From NCBI GenBank assembly GCA_964640415.1, contig CAZXGQ010000002.1:1297-65296 (forward strand): 64,000 nt of DNA. Direction: 5' to 3'. This DNA is from an uncultured Prevotella sp. (GTDB taxonomy: Bacteria > Bacteroidota > Bacteroidia > Bacteroidales > Bacteroidaceae). The notes beneath the pieces were generated by a model. The model searched no databases. It was not told where the DNA came from and saw only the letters and a program-made list of their open reading frames with translations. Each line of letters begins with the position of its first letter. The stretch's first letter is position 1. The position numbers and the translations under genes were made by a program. This document shows positions 46,148-54,288 of the stretch, piece after piece.

Positions 46148-47200
46148 ATGAGACAAGAAGATTACGTCAACGACGCCATAGAACTGTTACGCCAGCTCAT
46201 AGCCACCCCATCGGTAAGCCGCGACGAGAAAGCCGCCGCCGACATCATGCAGAAACAAATGACCGCCTACGGACTCGCACCACGGCGTGAGGGCAACAAC
46301 GTCTGGGCTTTGTCACCCGACTGGGACGACAACAAGCCTACCGTGCTGCTCAACGCGCACATCGACACGGTGAAGCCTGTGGCCAGCTGGACGCGCGACC
46401 CTTTCGAGCCGACCATTGAGGGTGACCGACTGTATGGATTGGGGAGCAACGACTGCGGCGGCGGACTGACGACGCTGCTGCAAGTATTCAGGTGGCTCTC
46501 GCTCAGAACGCAACCTTACAACTACGTGTATCTCGCTTCTGCGGAGGAAGAGGTGTCGGGCAAAGACGGATTTTCGCGTGCCCTGCCGCTGCTTCCGAAG
46601 ATCGACGTGGCTATAGTGGGCGAGCCTACGGGAATGCAGCCTGCCATAGCCGAAAAGGGATTGATGGTGCTCGACATCATTGCTCACGGCAAGAGCGGGC
46701 ACGCCGCAAGAAACGAGGGCGTGAACGCCATATACGAAGCCTTGGACGACATGGTTTGGATAAGGGACTATAAGTTCCAGAAAACGAGCGACCTCCTCGG
46801 TCCCACGAAGATGACGCTCACTGTTGTCAATGCCGGCACCCAGCACAATGTCGTGCCCGACTGCTGCAAGATGCTCGTCGACGTGCGCACCAACGAGCAT
46901 TACACCAACGAGGAAGTCTACGACATCATCAAGGCCAACGTAAAGAGCGAGGTCCAAGCCCACTCCTTCCGCCTGCACTCCTCGCACATTTCTCCCGACC
47001 ACCCTCTGGTAAAACGCTGCCTGGCCTTAGGCTTGAAGCCCTACGGATCGCCCACGCTGAGCGACCAAGCACTGATGCCCTGGCAGTCGTTCAAACTCGG
47101 TCCGGGCGAATCGTCACGCTCTCATTCTGCCGACGAGTTCATCTGCCTCAGCGAAATGCGCAATGCGTTCAGCACCTACCAGGAACTGCTGAAGCCATAA
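46148..47200 (+). CDS. M20 family metallohydrolase (ArgE/DapE-like deacylase)
   Basis: 350 aa with LLNAHIDTV, GLGSNDCGGG and SAEEE metal-binding motifs. Confidence 0.85.
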   Translation: MRQEDYVNDAIELLRQLIATPSVSRDEKAAADIMQKQMTAYGLAPRREGNNVWALSPDWDDNKPTVLLNAHIDTVKPVASWTRDPFEPTIEGDRLYGLGSNDCGGGLTTLLQVFRWLSLRTQPYNYVYLASAEEEVSGKDGFSRALPLLPKIDVAIVGEPTGMQPAIAEKGLMVLDIIAHGKSGHAARNEGVNAIYEALDDMVWIRDYKFQKTSDLLGPTKMTLTVVNAGTQHNVVPDCCKMLVDVRTNEHYTNEEVYDIIKANVKSEVQAHSFRLHSSHISPDHPLVKRCLALGLKPYGSPTLSDQALMPWQSFKLGPGESSRSHSADEFICLSEMRNAFSTYQELLKP

Positions 47201-47205
47201 AGTCA

Positions 47206-47729
47206 GCGCATCCGACAAATAGCATGGAGCGGGACTCGCTGGGCTTAGCCCCATAATGACACGAATGTGCAAACGGTCTAATGTGCAGGGGCATCCCTGC
47301 CATTGGCAACCGTAAACCGGATGGCATAACCACGCAGCCTTCTTTAATAGCAGTAAAAGTTTTCAACAAAGTGCTCTCTAAAAATCGATTTTTTTGAAAA
47401 ACTTTTCCTCTCGTTCGATTTGAGGCCAATTTTACGCAAATTTTACAACATCCTAATAACCAGACGGTTATACTTTTTGCAGTCTTGAACATGGCTGATT
47501 TTTTAGCCTCTGAGTCGGCTTTACGTTAGAATCGCATCGCGTTTACGTTAGAATCGCGGTGCGTTTACGTTAGAATCGCGACGCGATATGGCTACTATCG
47601 CGACCCGATTTCATGACTTTTAAGCCTGAAATCGGCTTGGAGGCGCCCTTTTAAACACTTCGGAGCCTCTGTTGTCGTTCTAGAAGGTGTGCCCCTCAAG
47701 TGTTAAAATCTTGCTATAAATATTTACAA
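47206..47729 (+). repeat. Copy B of the unclassified structured intergenic repeat family
   Basis: Begins 6 nt after the M20 stop codon. It has 3 x 22-bp units at 47520-47585, a hairpin at 47605-47635, and an extra approx 105-nt segment at 47236-47340 that copy A lacks. Confidence 0.85.
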
Positions 47730-47765
47730 TAATGCTGTCCGGATTACCGTCGGGCATAAAAAACG

Positions 47766-47801
47766 CCCCTGCTTGTGTGTTGAGTACCACACAAGCAGGG
47801 G
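47766..47801. terminator. 14-bp-stem bidirectional terminator
   Basis: CCCCTGCTTGTGTG ... CACACAAGCAGGGG. On the minus strand it is followed by CGTTTTTTATG, downstream of the chrA pair. On the plus strand it is followed by TGTCTTTTG. Confidence 0.75.
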
Positions 47802-47891
47802 TGTCTTTTGTCCGACATTAGGAATGACGTGCCGTTTGGCAACCGTTTGGGGCAGCCCCCCATGCACCACGCTCCACAGGAGCTCCAAAGC

Positions 47892-48467
47892 TCAGTATAG
47901 CAGCACCAAACCGGCTATGGCGGCATAACCGATCATCTTGATTGGATTTATCTTCACGTACATGGTGCCATAGAAGGTTGCGGCAAAGAGAAGCACACTG
48001 ATGATGAACTGCCACGTCGATTCCACAGGACTGCCGAAATTTTCCTTGTCGATAAGCATGATTGTTGCGGCTGCAAGAAGACCGACTACGGCAGGGCGCA
48101 AGCCTGCGAAGATGCTTTGCACGGTGCGGGTCTTCATATAGCGCATGAAAAGCTTGCTGATGAGGATCATAAGGACAAACGACGGCAAGACCAACGAAAA
48201 CGTCGCCACAGCGGAGCCGAGCACCGACAGCACATTGCCCATGCCGGCATTGTGAATGGCGGCATAGCCGCAATATGTGGCTGAGTTGATGCCGATAGGC
48301 CCTGGGGTCATCTGGCTTATTGCCACTATATTGGTAAACTCTGCGCTCGTAAGCCAATGGTGGCTGCGAACCGTCTCAAGCTGAATCAGCGACAGCATGC
48401 TATAGCCACCACCGAAACCGAAAAGACCAATATTGAAAAAAGTCCAGGCGAGTTGTAGAAATATCAT
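47892..48467 (-). CDS. chrA: Chromate transporter (CHR family) half-size subunit
   Basis: 191 aa with the FGFGGGYSMLSLIQ signature. There is an ATGA overlap with the upstream half. Confidence 0.85.
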   Translation of the reverse strand: MIFLQLAWTFFNIGLFGFGGGYSMLSLIQLETVRSHHWLTSAEFTNIVAISQMTPGPIGINSATYCGYAAIHNAGMGNVLSVLGSAVATFSLVLPSFVLMILISKLFMRYMKTRTVQSIFAGLRPAVVGLLAAATIMLIDKENFGSPVESTWQFIISVLLFAATFYGTMYVKINPIKMIGYAAIAGLVLLY

Positions 48468-49018
48468 TTCTTTATGAATTTACCGTAAATATAACCACCT
48501 GCTCCCGACGCTACGATAATCCATATCGGGTTGACGTCAAGTGCACTTATAAGCAACGCTCCGGCAATGGGTATCCAGCAGTTGCCCAAATGTATCTTCG
48601 CGCTTTTGGCGAGTTTGAAGGTTGGCACCGCTATGAGGGCAACCACGGCAGGACGGATGCCGTTGAACATGGCGGCTATCCAGTGAATCTGCATGAACTG
48701 GCGGAAGACTATGGCTATAAGCAGGATGATGAAAAACGAAGGCAATATGGCACCAAGGGTAGTGCAAAGTGCGCCTTTCTCACCTTTTATCTTATAGCCT
48801 ATAAACGTGGCGATGTTAGCGGCAAACACGCCGGGGCAGCTCTGCGCTATCGCCACCAAATCCAAGAAATCTTCCTTCTTTATCCAACCGTTCTTATCCA
48901 CCACTTCTGTCTCTATGACGGGAATCATGGCATATCCGCCGCCAAGGGTAAATGCGCCAATCTTGAAGAATGTGTTAAACAGCTTGGTATAAAGACTCGT
49001 TGCTGATTGTTTGACCAT
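48464..49018 (-). CDS. chrA: Chromate transporter (CHR family) half-size subunit
   Basis: Start moved to ATG 49018 (MVKQSATS..), because the track ORF starts at a TTG inside the purL terminator. It has the FTLGGGYAMIPVIE signature. Confidence 0.85.
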   Translation of the reverse strand: MVKQSATSLYTKLFNTFFKIGAFTLGGGYAMIPVIETEVVDKNGWIKKEDFLDLVAIAQSCPGVFAANIATFIGYKIKGEKGALCTTLGAILPSFFIILLIAIVFRQFMQIHWIAAMFNGIRPAVVALIAVPTFKLAKSAKIHLGNCWIPIAGALLISALDVNPIWIIVASGAGGYIYGKFIKK

Positions 49019-49034
49019 CGTTGAAAAAAAATAA

Positions 49035-49067
49035 GCCAACCCCTTCCTTCTGAGGGAAGAGGTTGGC
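49035..49067 (-). terminator. Rho-independent terminator after purL
   Basis: GCCAACC ... GGTTGGC with an inner imperfect stem. On the minus strand it is followed by TTATTTTTTTT. Confidence 0.6.
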
Positions 49068-49088
49068 CGTAGGGATATTAAATTGCTT

Positions 49089-52000
49089 TTACTTGTGTTC
49101 CTCTATCCACTTTCTCGCATTGACGAAAGCCTCTATCCACGGCGTGACGTCGTCGTTGCGACGGTCGGCTGGGTAGTAAGCGTTCTGCCAAGGGAAGATG
49201 GCGCGCTCCGGGTGCGGCATCATGGCGAGGTGACGGCCGTCGGCCGAGCAGATGCCCGCCACGTTGTAGTCGGAACCGTTAGGATTGCCGGGATATTCGG
49301 CATAGTTGTATTTTGCCACCACATTGTAGTGGTCCTCCGGCTCTGGCAGATAGAAACGGCCCTCTCCGTGGGCCACCCAGATGCCGAGCTTGTCGCCGCT
49401 CAACGAACCGAGCATCACGCTCTTGTTCTGAGGGATAGAGAGACCGAGGAATGCGCTCTCAAACTTCTGAGACACGTTGTGCGTGAGGTGTGAACGGTGC
49501 TTGTGCTCCGGGTTGATGAGGTTGAGCTCAACCATGAGCTGACAACCGTTGCAGATACCGAGCGAGAGAGTGTCTTCACGGGCATAGAACTTGTCGAGGG
49601 CTTCCTTTGCCTTGGGGTTGAACAGGAAGGCACCTGCCCAGCCTTTGGCAGAACCGAGCACGTCGGAGTTGGAGAAGCCGCCGCAGAAGACAATCATGTT
49701 GACTTCTTCGAGCGTCTCGCGTCCACTGATTAGGTCGGTCATCATCACGTCCTTCACGTCGAAGCCGGCGAGCCACAGCGTGTAAGCCATTTCGCGGTCA
49801 CCGTTGGTTCCCTTCTCGCGGATGATGGCAGCCTTGGCGCGCGGAGCGTTGTCGGTGTCCTTCCAACGGTCAGGATTGATGCCGAGAGAGGCAAACGATC
49901 CCTTGAAGTTGCCAAGGTTGATCTCAAGCGGCTGCTTCTTATAGTTGAGGAAACGCTTGCGGGCCATATCGTTCATGCTCTGGCGACGGTCGAGGAGATA
50001 AGATGTCTTATACCACGTGTCGCGCAGGCTGTCGATGTCGAACTCGTGCTTCCACTCGTCCTTCACCACCACAATCTTTCTCTCGGCAGGTGTCGGGTAA
50101 GCAATCTTGGCGAAAGCGATGCCTGCATCTTCCAAGTATTCCTTCAGTTCCTTCTTGCGGGTGTCTGACACCTGGATTACGACGCCCGGATTCTCGGCAA
50201 AGAGCATCTTCACCACGTCGTCGTTGTCCTGCATGATGTCGTGGAGATTGACATGCAAGCCGCCTTCGACGTTTGCGAATGTCATCTCAAGGAGCGTGGT
50301 GATAAGACCGCCTGCAGAAATGTCGTGACCTGCCATTACCCAACCCTTCTGTATCAGGTCCTGAATGGCGTTGAAGCAGTCGGCAAAGTACTCGCTGTTC
50401 TTCACGGTAGGCACGTCTGAGCCAATCTTGCCAAGGGTCTGTGCAAAGGCAGAACCGCCAAGACGCTGCTCGTCGAACGAGAAGTCTATATAATATAATG
50501 AGGAGTTCTTGTCGTTGACCAGCACTGGGCTTACGGTCTTGCGCACGTCGCTCACCTCAGCTCCCGATGTCACGATGACTGTGCCGGGGGCGATAATCTT
50601 TGAGCCGTCGGGATACTGCTGGCTCAGCGAGAGCGAGTCTTTACCCGTAGGCACGTTGAGGTGGAGCGAGCAGCAGAAGTCTGACAGGGCCTGCACAGCC
50701 TCGTAGAGGCGTGCGTCCTCACCCTTCTGTGAGCGGCACGGCCACATCCAGTTGGCAGAGAGGTTGAGGTTCTCTATCGGGAACGGATGGTCCTTGTCGG
50801 TTGCTATTGGCGCCCACACGATGTTGGTAAGGCTCTCAGCCACCGACAGCACGCTGCCAGCAGCAGGGTTTGCCATGCCGGCCTGAGGAGCATGTCCAAG
50901 GGCTGTAGCGATGCCGGCATTGCCACGATAGTCGAGGGCTACGACACCACAGTCAGAGAGCGGGAGCTGCACCTGGCCTTGTGTTTGCTGGCGGGCTATC
51001 TTACCCGTAACGGAGCGGTCAACCTTGTTGGTGAGCCAGTCCTTACAAGCCACGGCCTCAAGCTGAAGCACGCTGCCGAGATACTCGTCTATCTTGTCCA
51101 CGCTGTAAGTGGCGTCCTCGTAGTGATGCTCCACGGTGACATCTTTCATGATGGTCTTCGGAGAGTGGCCGAACATCTGCGGCACGTCGAGGTCGAAAGG
51201 CTTCACGCCATCGCCCTGCTTGAATGAGAAGTGGGCGTCGCCTGTTGTCTGGCCGACAACGTAGAACGGTGCACGCTCGCGCTCGGCAATCTTGCGCACA
51301 CGCTCCACATGCTCGTCCTCGATGAGCAGGCCCATGCGCTCCTGGCTCTCGTTGGCGATGATTTCCTTTGCCGACAATGTCTTGTCGCCGATTGGCAACT
51401 TTGTCATGTCTATCTCGCCTCCACACTCTTCCACAAGCTCGGAGAGGCAGTTGAGGTGACCAGCCGAACCATGGTCGTGGATTGATGTCACGGGGTTGTT
51501 GTCGGCTTCCACAAGAGCGCGCACGAGGTTGTAGGCACGCTTCTGCATCTCCGGGTTGGCACGCTGCACGGCGTTGAGCTCAACGGCAGTGCCATAGCGG
51601 CCAGTGTCTACCGACGACACGGAGCCGCCGCCAAGACCGATGCGGTAGTTGTCACCACCTACCACAACGACGTCCTCGCCCTTCTTGGGCTCTTTCTTCA
51701 GGCAATCGCGCTTCTTGCCGTAGCCCACGCCACCGGCAAGCATTATCACCTTGTCGTAGCCGTAGACCTCGTTGGCGGCCTGTACGTCTTCCTTTGTTGT
51801 CTCCACCACGGCTGTGTCGCCCGCGCTGGTCTCATATTCGAAGGTGAGCACGGAACCCGTGATAAGCGGCTGGCCGAACTTGTTGCCGAAGTCTGAAGCA
51901 CCGTTTGAGGCCTTGATAAGGATCTCCTCCGGTGTCTGGTAAAGCCATTTGCGGGGCTCAATCTTCTGCTCGTAGTCGCGTGCGGCCTGGCCGTCGTCGT

Positions 52001-52889
52001 TCTTCAAACGTGGATAAGACGCCATATACACTGCCGTACCGGCGATAGGCCATGAGCCCGTTCCACCGCCCATACGGTCGCGGATCTCACCACCTGTACC
52101 CGTAGCAGCACCGTTGAACGGCTCAACTGTCGTGGGGAAGTTGTGGGTCTCTGCCTTCAGCGAGATGACGCTCTCGATAGGCTTCACCTTGAAATAGTCG
52201 CTTGTGGTCTGGTCCTCCGGTGCAAACTGCTCTACCATTGGGCCCTGTGCGAACGCCACGTTGTCGCTGTAGGCCGAAATGATCTTGCCCGGATGCTCCT
52301 TCGTGGTCTTCTTGATGAGCGAGAAGAGGCTCGACTCACGCTCCTCACCGTCGATGATGAACGTTCCGCCGAAGATCTTGTGGCGGCAGTGCTCTGAGTT
52401 GATCTGAGCGAAGCCGAAAATCTCTGAGTCGGTAAGCGGACGGCCGTTCTCCTTCTCTATCTTGTGAAGATACTCTATCTCTTCAGGGCTCAAGGCGAGG
52501 CCTTCCTCCTCGTTGTATTTCTCGATGTCCTCGACATGCTTGATGGGCTCAGGCTCATGGTTGACGGTGAAGACCGTCTGGTCCAAACCGTTGTACATGC
52601 GCTGCAGCATACGGTCGTGGGCGGCATCCTCACCCTTTACGGGGAAGTACTCCTCAATACGCGAAATGCCGATGAGACTCATGTTTTGCGTGATCTCAAC
52701 GGCATTGGTGCTCCAGGGGGTTATCATTTCGCGACGCGGTCCTACAAAGAAACCGTCGAGCTTCTCTGTTTCCAGCAGTGTAGCGTCACCGTAAAGCCAG
52801 CAAAGGGCCTGCTTCTCCTTGTCACTGGGCTGATGGTCTATCTCAGTGGCAATGACATTCTCCTTGGGAGTCTTGAAGAAAAGAATCAT
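49089..52889 (-). CDS. purL: Phosphoribosylformylglycinamidine synthase, large single-chain form
   Basis: 1266 aa. It has an N-terminal PurS-like region, FGAM synthetase AIR-synthase-like domains and a C-terminal class-I glutamine amidotransferase (GICNGCQ, HGEG). Confidence 0.95.
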   Translation of the reverse strand: MILFFKTPKENVIATEIDHQPSDKEKQALCWLYGDATLLETEKLDGFFVGPRREMITPWSTNAVEITQNMSLIGISRIEEYFPVKGEDAAHDRMLQRMYNGLDQTVFTVNHEPEPIKHVEDIEKYNEEEGLALSPEEIEYLHKIEKENGRPLTDSEIFGFAQINSEHCRHKIFGGTFIIDGEERESSLFSLIKKTTKEHPGKIISAYSDNVAFAQGPMVEQFAPEDQTTSDYFKVKPIESVISLKAETHNFPTTVEPFNGAATGTGGEIRDRMGGGTGSWPIAGTAVYMASYPRLKNDDGQAARDYEQKIEPRKWLYQTPEEILIKASNGASDFGNKFGQPLITGSVLTFEYETSAGDTAVVETTKEDVQAANEVYGYDKVIMLAGGVGYGKKRDCLKKEPKKGEDVVVVGGDNYRIGLGGGSVSSVDTGRYGTAVELNAVQRANPEMQKRAYNLVRALVEADNNPVTSIHDHGSAGHLNCLSELVEECGGEIDMTKLPIGDKTLSAKEIIANESQERMGLLIEDEHVERVRKIAERERAPFYVVGQTTGDAHFSFKQGDGVKPFDLDVPQMFGHSPKTIMKDVTVEHHYEDATYSVDKIDEYLGSVLQLEAVACKDWLTNKVDRSVTGKIARQQTQGQVQLPLSDCGVVALDYRGNAGIATALGHAPQAGMANPAAGSVLSVAESLTNIVWAPIATDKDHPFPIENLNLSANWMWPCRSQKGEDARLYEAVQALSDFCCSLHLNVPTGKDSLSLSQQYPDGSKIIAPGTVIVTSGAEVSDVRKTVSPVLVNDKNSSLYYIDFSFDEQRLGGSAFAQTLGKIGSDVPTVKNSEYFADCFNAIQDLIQKGWVMAGHDISAGGLITTLLEMTFANVEGGLHVNLHDIMQDNDDVVKMLFAENPGVVIQVSDTRKKELKEYLEDAGIAFAKIAYPTPAERKIVVVKDEWKHEFDIDSLRDTWYKTSYLLDRRQSMNDMARKRFLNYKKQPLEINLGNFKGSFASLGINPDRWKDTDNAPRAKAAIIREKGTNGDREMAYTLWLAGFDVKDVMMTDLISGRETLEEVNMIVFCGGFSNSDVLGSAKGWAGAFLFNPKAKEALDKFYAREDTLSLGICNGCQLMVELNLINPEHKHRSHLTHNVSQKFESAFLGLSIPQNKSVMLGSLSGDKLGIWVAHGEGRFYLPEPEDHYNVVAKYNYAEYPGNPNGSDYNVAGICSADGRHLAMMPHPERAIFPWQNAYYPADRRNDDVTPWIEAFVNARKWIEEHK

Positions 52890-53040
52890 AATCTTTAGAG
52901 ATTTATAAATGTAATATTACTGTCTGCAAAATTAATAATATTTTCGCTAATAACACGAACCCCAAACCAATATTTATTGTCATTGGTGCCGGATAAAATC
53001 ATGACAACACATAAGTGCGGGCGCACCATGCAGTGCTTTG

Positions 53041-53160
53041 CCCGATTGAGTCGCCACTGGAATCACAGTGCGATTACGCTGGAATCACAGTGCAGATACA
53101 AAGCAATCGCAATTGGATACAAATGCCACTGCTGAACGTAGCGATTTTCCCGGCGCAATG
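53041..53160 (+). repeat. Degenerate relative of the 22-bp-unit array of the repeat family
   Basis: TTGAGTCGCC followed by 22-bp-phased units. CTGGAATCACAGTGC recurs at 53057-53071 and 53079-53093. TTACGCTGGAATCACAGTGC matches the copy-B unit TTACGTTAGAATCGCGGTGC at 16 of 20 positions. Confidence 0.5.
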
Positions 53161-53245
53161 TGGTTAAAAACCACTTAGAAGTCAGGCACTTGGTTAAAGA
53201 TACCTAATTATCCGCAACTTTTTTGCCCGTGTGGAGTCTATTAAT

Positions 53246-53253
53246 TAAATTTG
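53246..53253 (+). promoter_or_regulatory. Candidate -7 box TAAATTTG for the OmpA-like gene
   Basis: TAnnTTTG match 59 nt upstream of ATG 53312. Confidence 0.4.
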
Positions 53254-53311
53254 AATGCTGAACATGGAATAATTGGATTACAACCTTTGAACAACATAAA
53301 ACTTTAATAAT

Positions 53312-54166
53312 ATGAGAAAAACTGTTTTATTCGCAATGGTTGCCGGCACGCTGCTCGTTACAAGTTGTGCCAGCAAGAAGGACTTGGTCAATTGCCAAAA
53401 TGAGAACCGCGAGCTGACCAACAACTACCAGGACACCAAGGAGAAGCTCGCTGCAGCCAATGCCCGCGTGGCAAGTCTGGAGGAGCAGCTCGCACAGCAG
53501 AAGGAGACCAACGCATCGCTGCAGAAGAACCTCAGCCAGAGCTTGTCGAACGCTAGTTCCAACAACACCAACATCTCCAAACTCGTCGACCAGATCAATG
53601 AGTCGAACCAGTACATTCGCCACCTTGTGGAGGTGAAGAGCAAGAGCGACTCACTCAACGTGGTGCTCACCAACAACCTGACCCGCTCTCTGTCGAAAGA
53701 GGAGATGAAGGAGGTTGACGTGCAAGTGCTCAAGGGTGTTGTTTACATCTCATTGGCCGACAACATGCTCTACAAGAGCGGCTCTTATGAGATCAACGAC
53801 CGTGCCGAGGAGACTCTGTCGAAGATTGCAAAGATCATCACCGACTACAGCGACTATGACGTGCTCATCGAGGGCAACACCGACAACGTGCCCGTCAACA
53901 CAGCGGCTGCAAGCATGAAGAACATCCGCAACAACTGGGACCTCTCCGCACTCCGTGCAAGCTCAGTGGTGCAGTATCTCATCGACCATTTCAATGTGGC
54001 CCCGAAGCGTCTCACTGCCGGCGGACGTGGCGAGTTCAACCCTCTCGTGAGCAACGACACGGCTACTGGCAGGCAGCGCAACCGCCGCACACAAATCATT
54101 ATCACACCGAAGCTTGACCAGTTCATGGACTTGATCGACAAGGCACCGGAGGAGAGCAGCAAGTAA
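53312..54166 (+). CDS. OmpA/MotB-domain lipoprotein with coiled-coil N-terminal half
   Basis: 284 aa with lipobox LLVTSC and a heptad-rich segment. The C-terminal OmpA-like domain has GNTDNVP...NWDLSALRA...NRRTQI. Confidence 0.85.
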   Translation: MRKTVLFAMVAGTLLVTSCASKKDLVNCQNENRELTNNYQDTKEKLAAANARVASLEEQLAQQKETNASLQKNLSQSLSNASSNNTNISKLVDQINESNQYIRHLVEVKSKSDSLNVVLTNNLTRSLSKEEMKEVDVQVLKGVVYISLADNMLYKSGSYEINDRAEETLSKIAKIITDYSDYDVLIEGNTDNVPVNTAAASMKNIRNNWDLSALRASSVVQYLIDHFNVAPKRLTAGGRGEFNPLVSNDTATGRQRNRRTQIIITPKLDQFMDLIDKAPEESSK

Positions 54167-54168
54167 GC

Positions 54169-54210
54169 AATTGTAAATTGTAAATTGCAAATTATAAACT
54201 ATAAATTATA
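54169..54210. repeat. Six tandem heptanucleotide units AATTGTA-type
   Basis: AATTGTA AATTGTA AATTGCA AATTATA AACTATA AATTATA, read directly. It starts 3 nt after the OmpA-like stop codon. Confidence 0.9.
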
Positions 54211-54213
54211 AAG

Positions 54214-54256
54214 CAATCGCCACCGCGAAAGAACATGTTCTTTGCGGTGGCGATTG
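54214..54256. terminator. Very long (about 20 bp, one bulge) hairpin between convergent genes
   Basis: CAATCGCCACCGCGAAAGAAC AT GTTCTTTGCGGTGGCGATTG. Confidence 0.75.
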
Positions 54257-54288
54257 TCGTTTATCCTAATAATCGGTGAAATGATTTT

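Noticed and set aside
23191-47729. Copies A and B as the inverted ends of a 24-kb composite transposon or genomic island.
   Set aside because: The enclosed genes are largely core functions (three tRNAs, prfB, transporters, a PUL). There is no transposase or integrase at either end, and no target duplication outside the copies. Only the weaker idea of recombination-mediated inversion is kept as a finding.
47818-48357. The 179-aa ORF overlapping the chrA half-gene in another frame.
   Set aside because: It has Arg/His/Cys-rich shadow-frame composition. The overlapping frame encodes a clear CHR-family membrane protein.
52890-53040. A possible purine or ZTP riboswitch upstream of purL.
   Set aside because: The candidate -7 box at 52927-52934 leaves a leader of only about 35-40 nt, and no ZTP or purine riboswitch consensus elements were recognisable in the upstream region.
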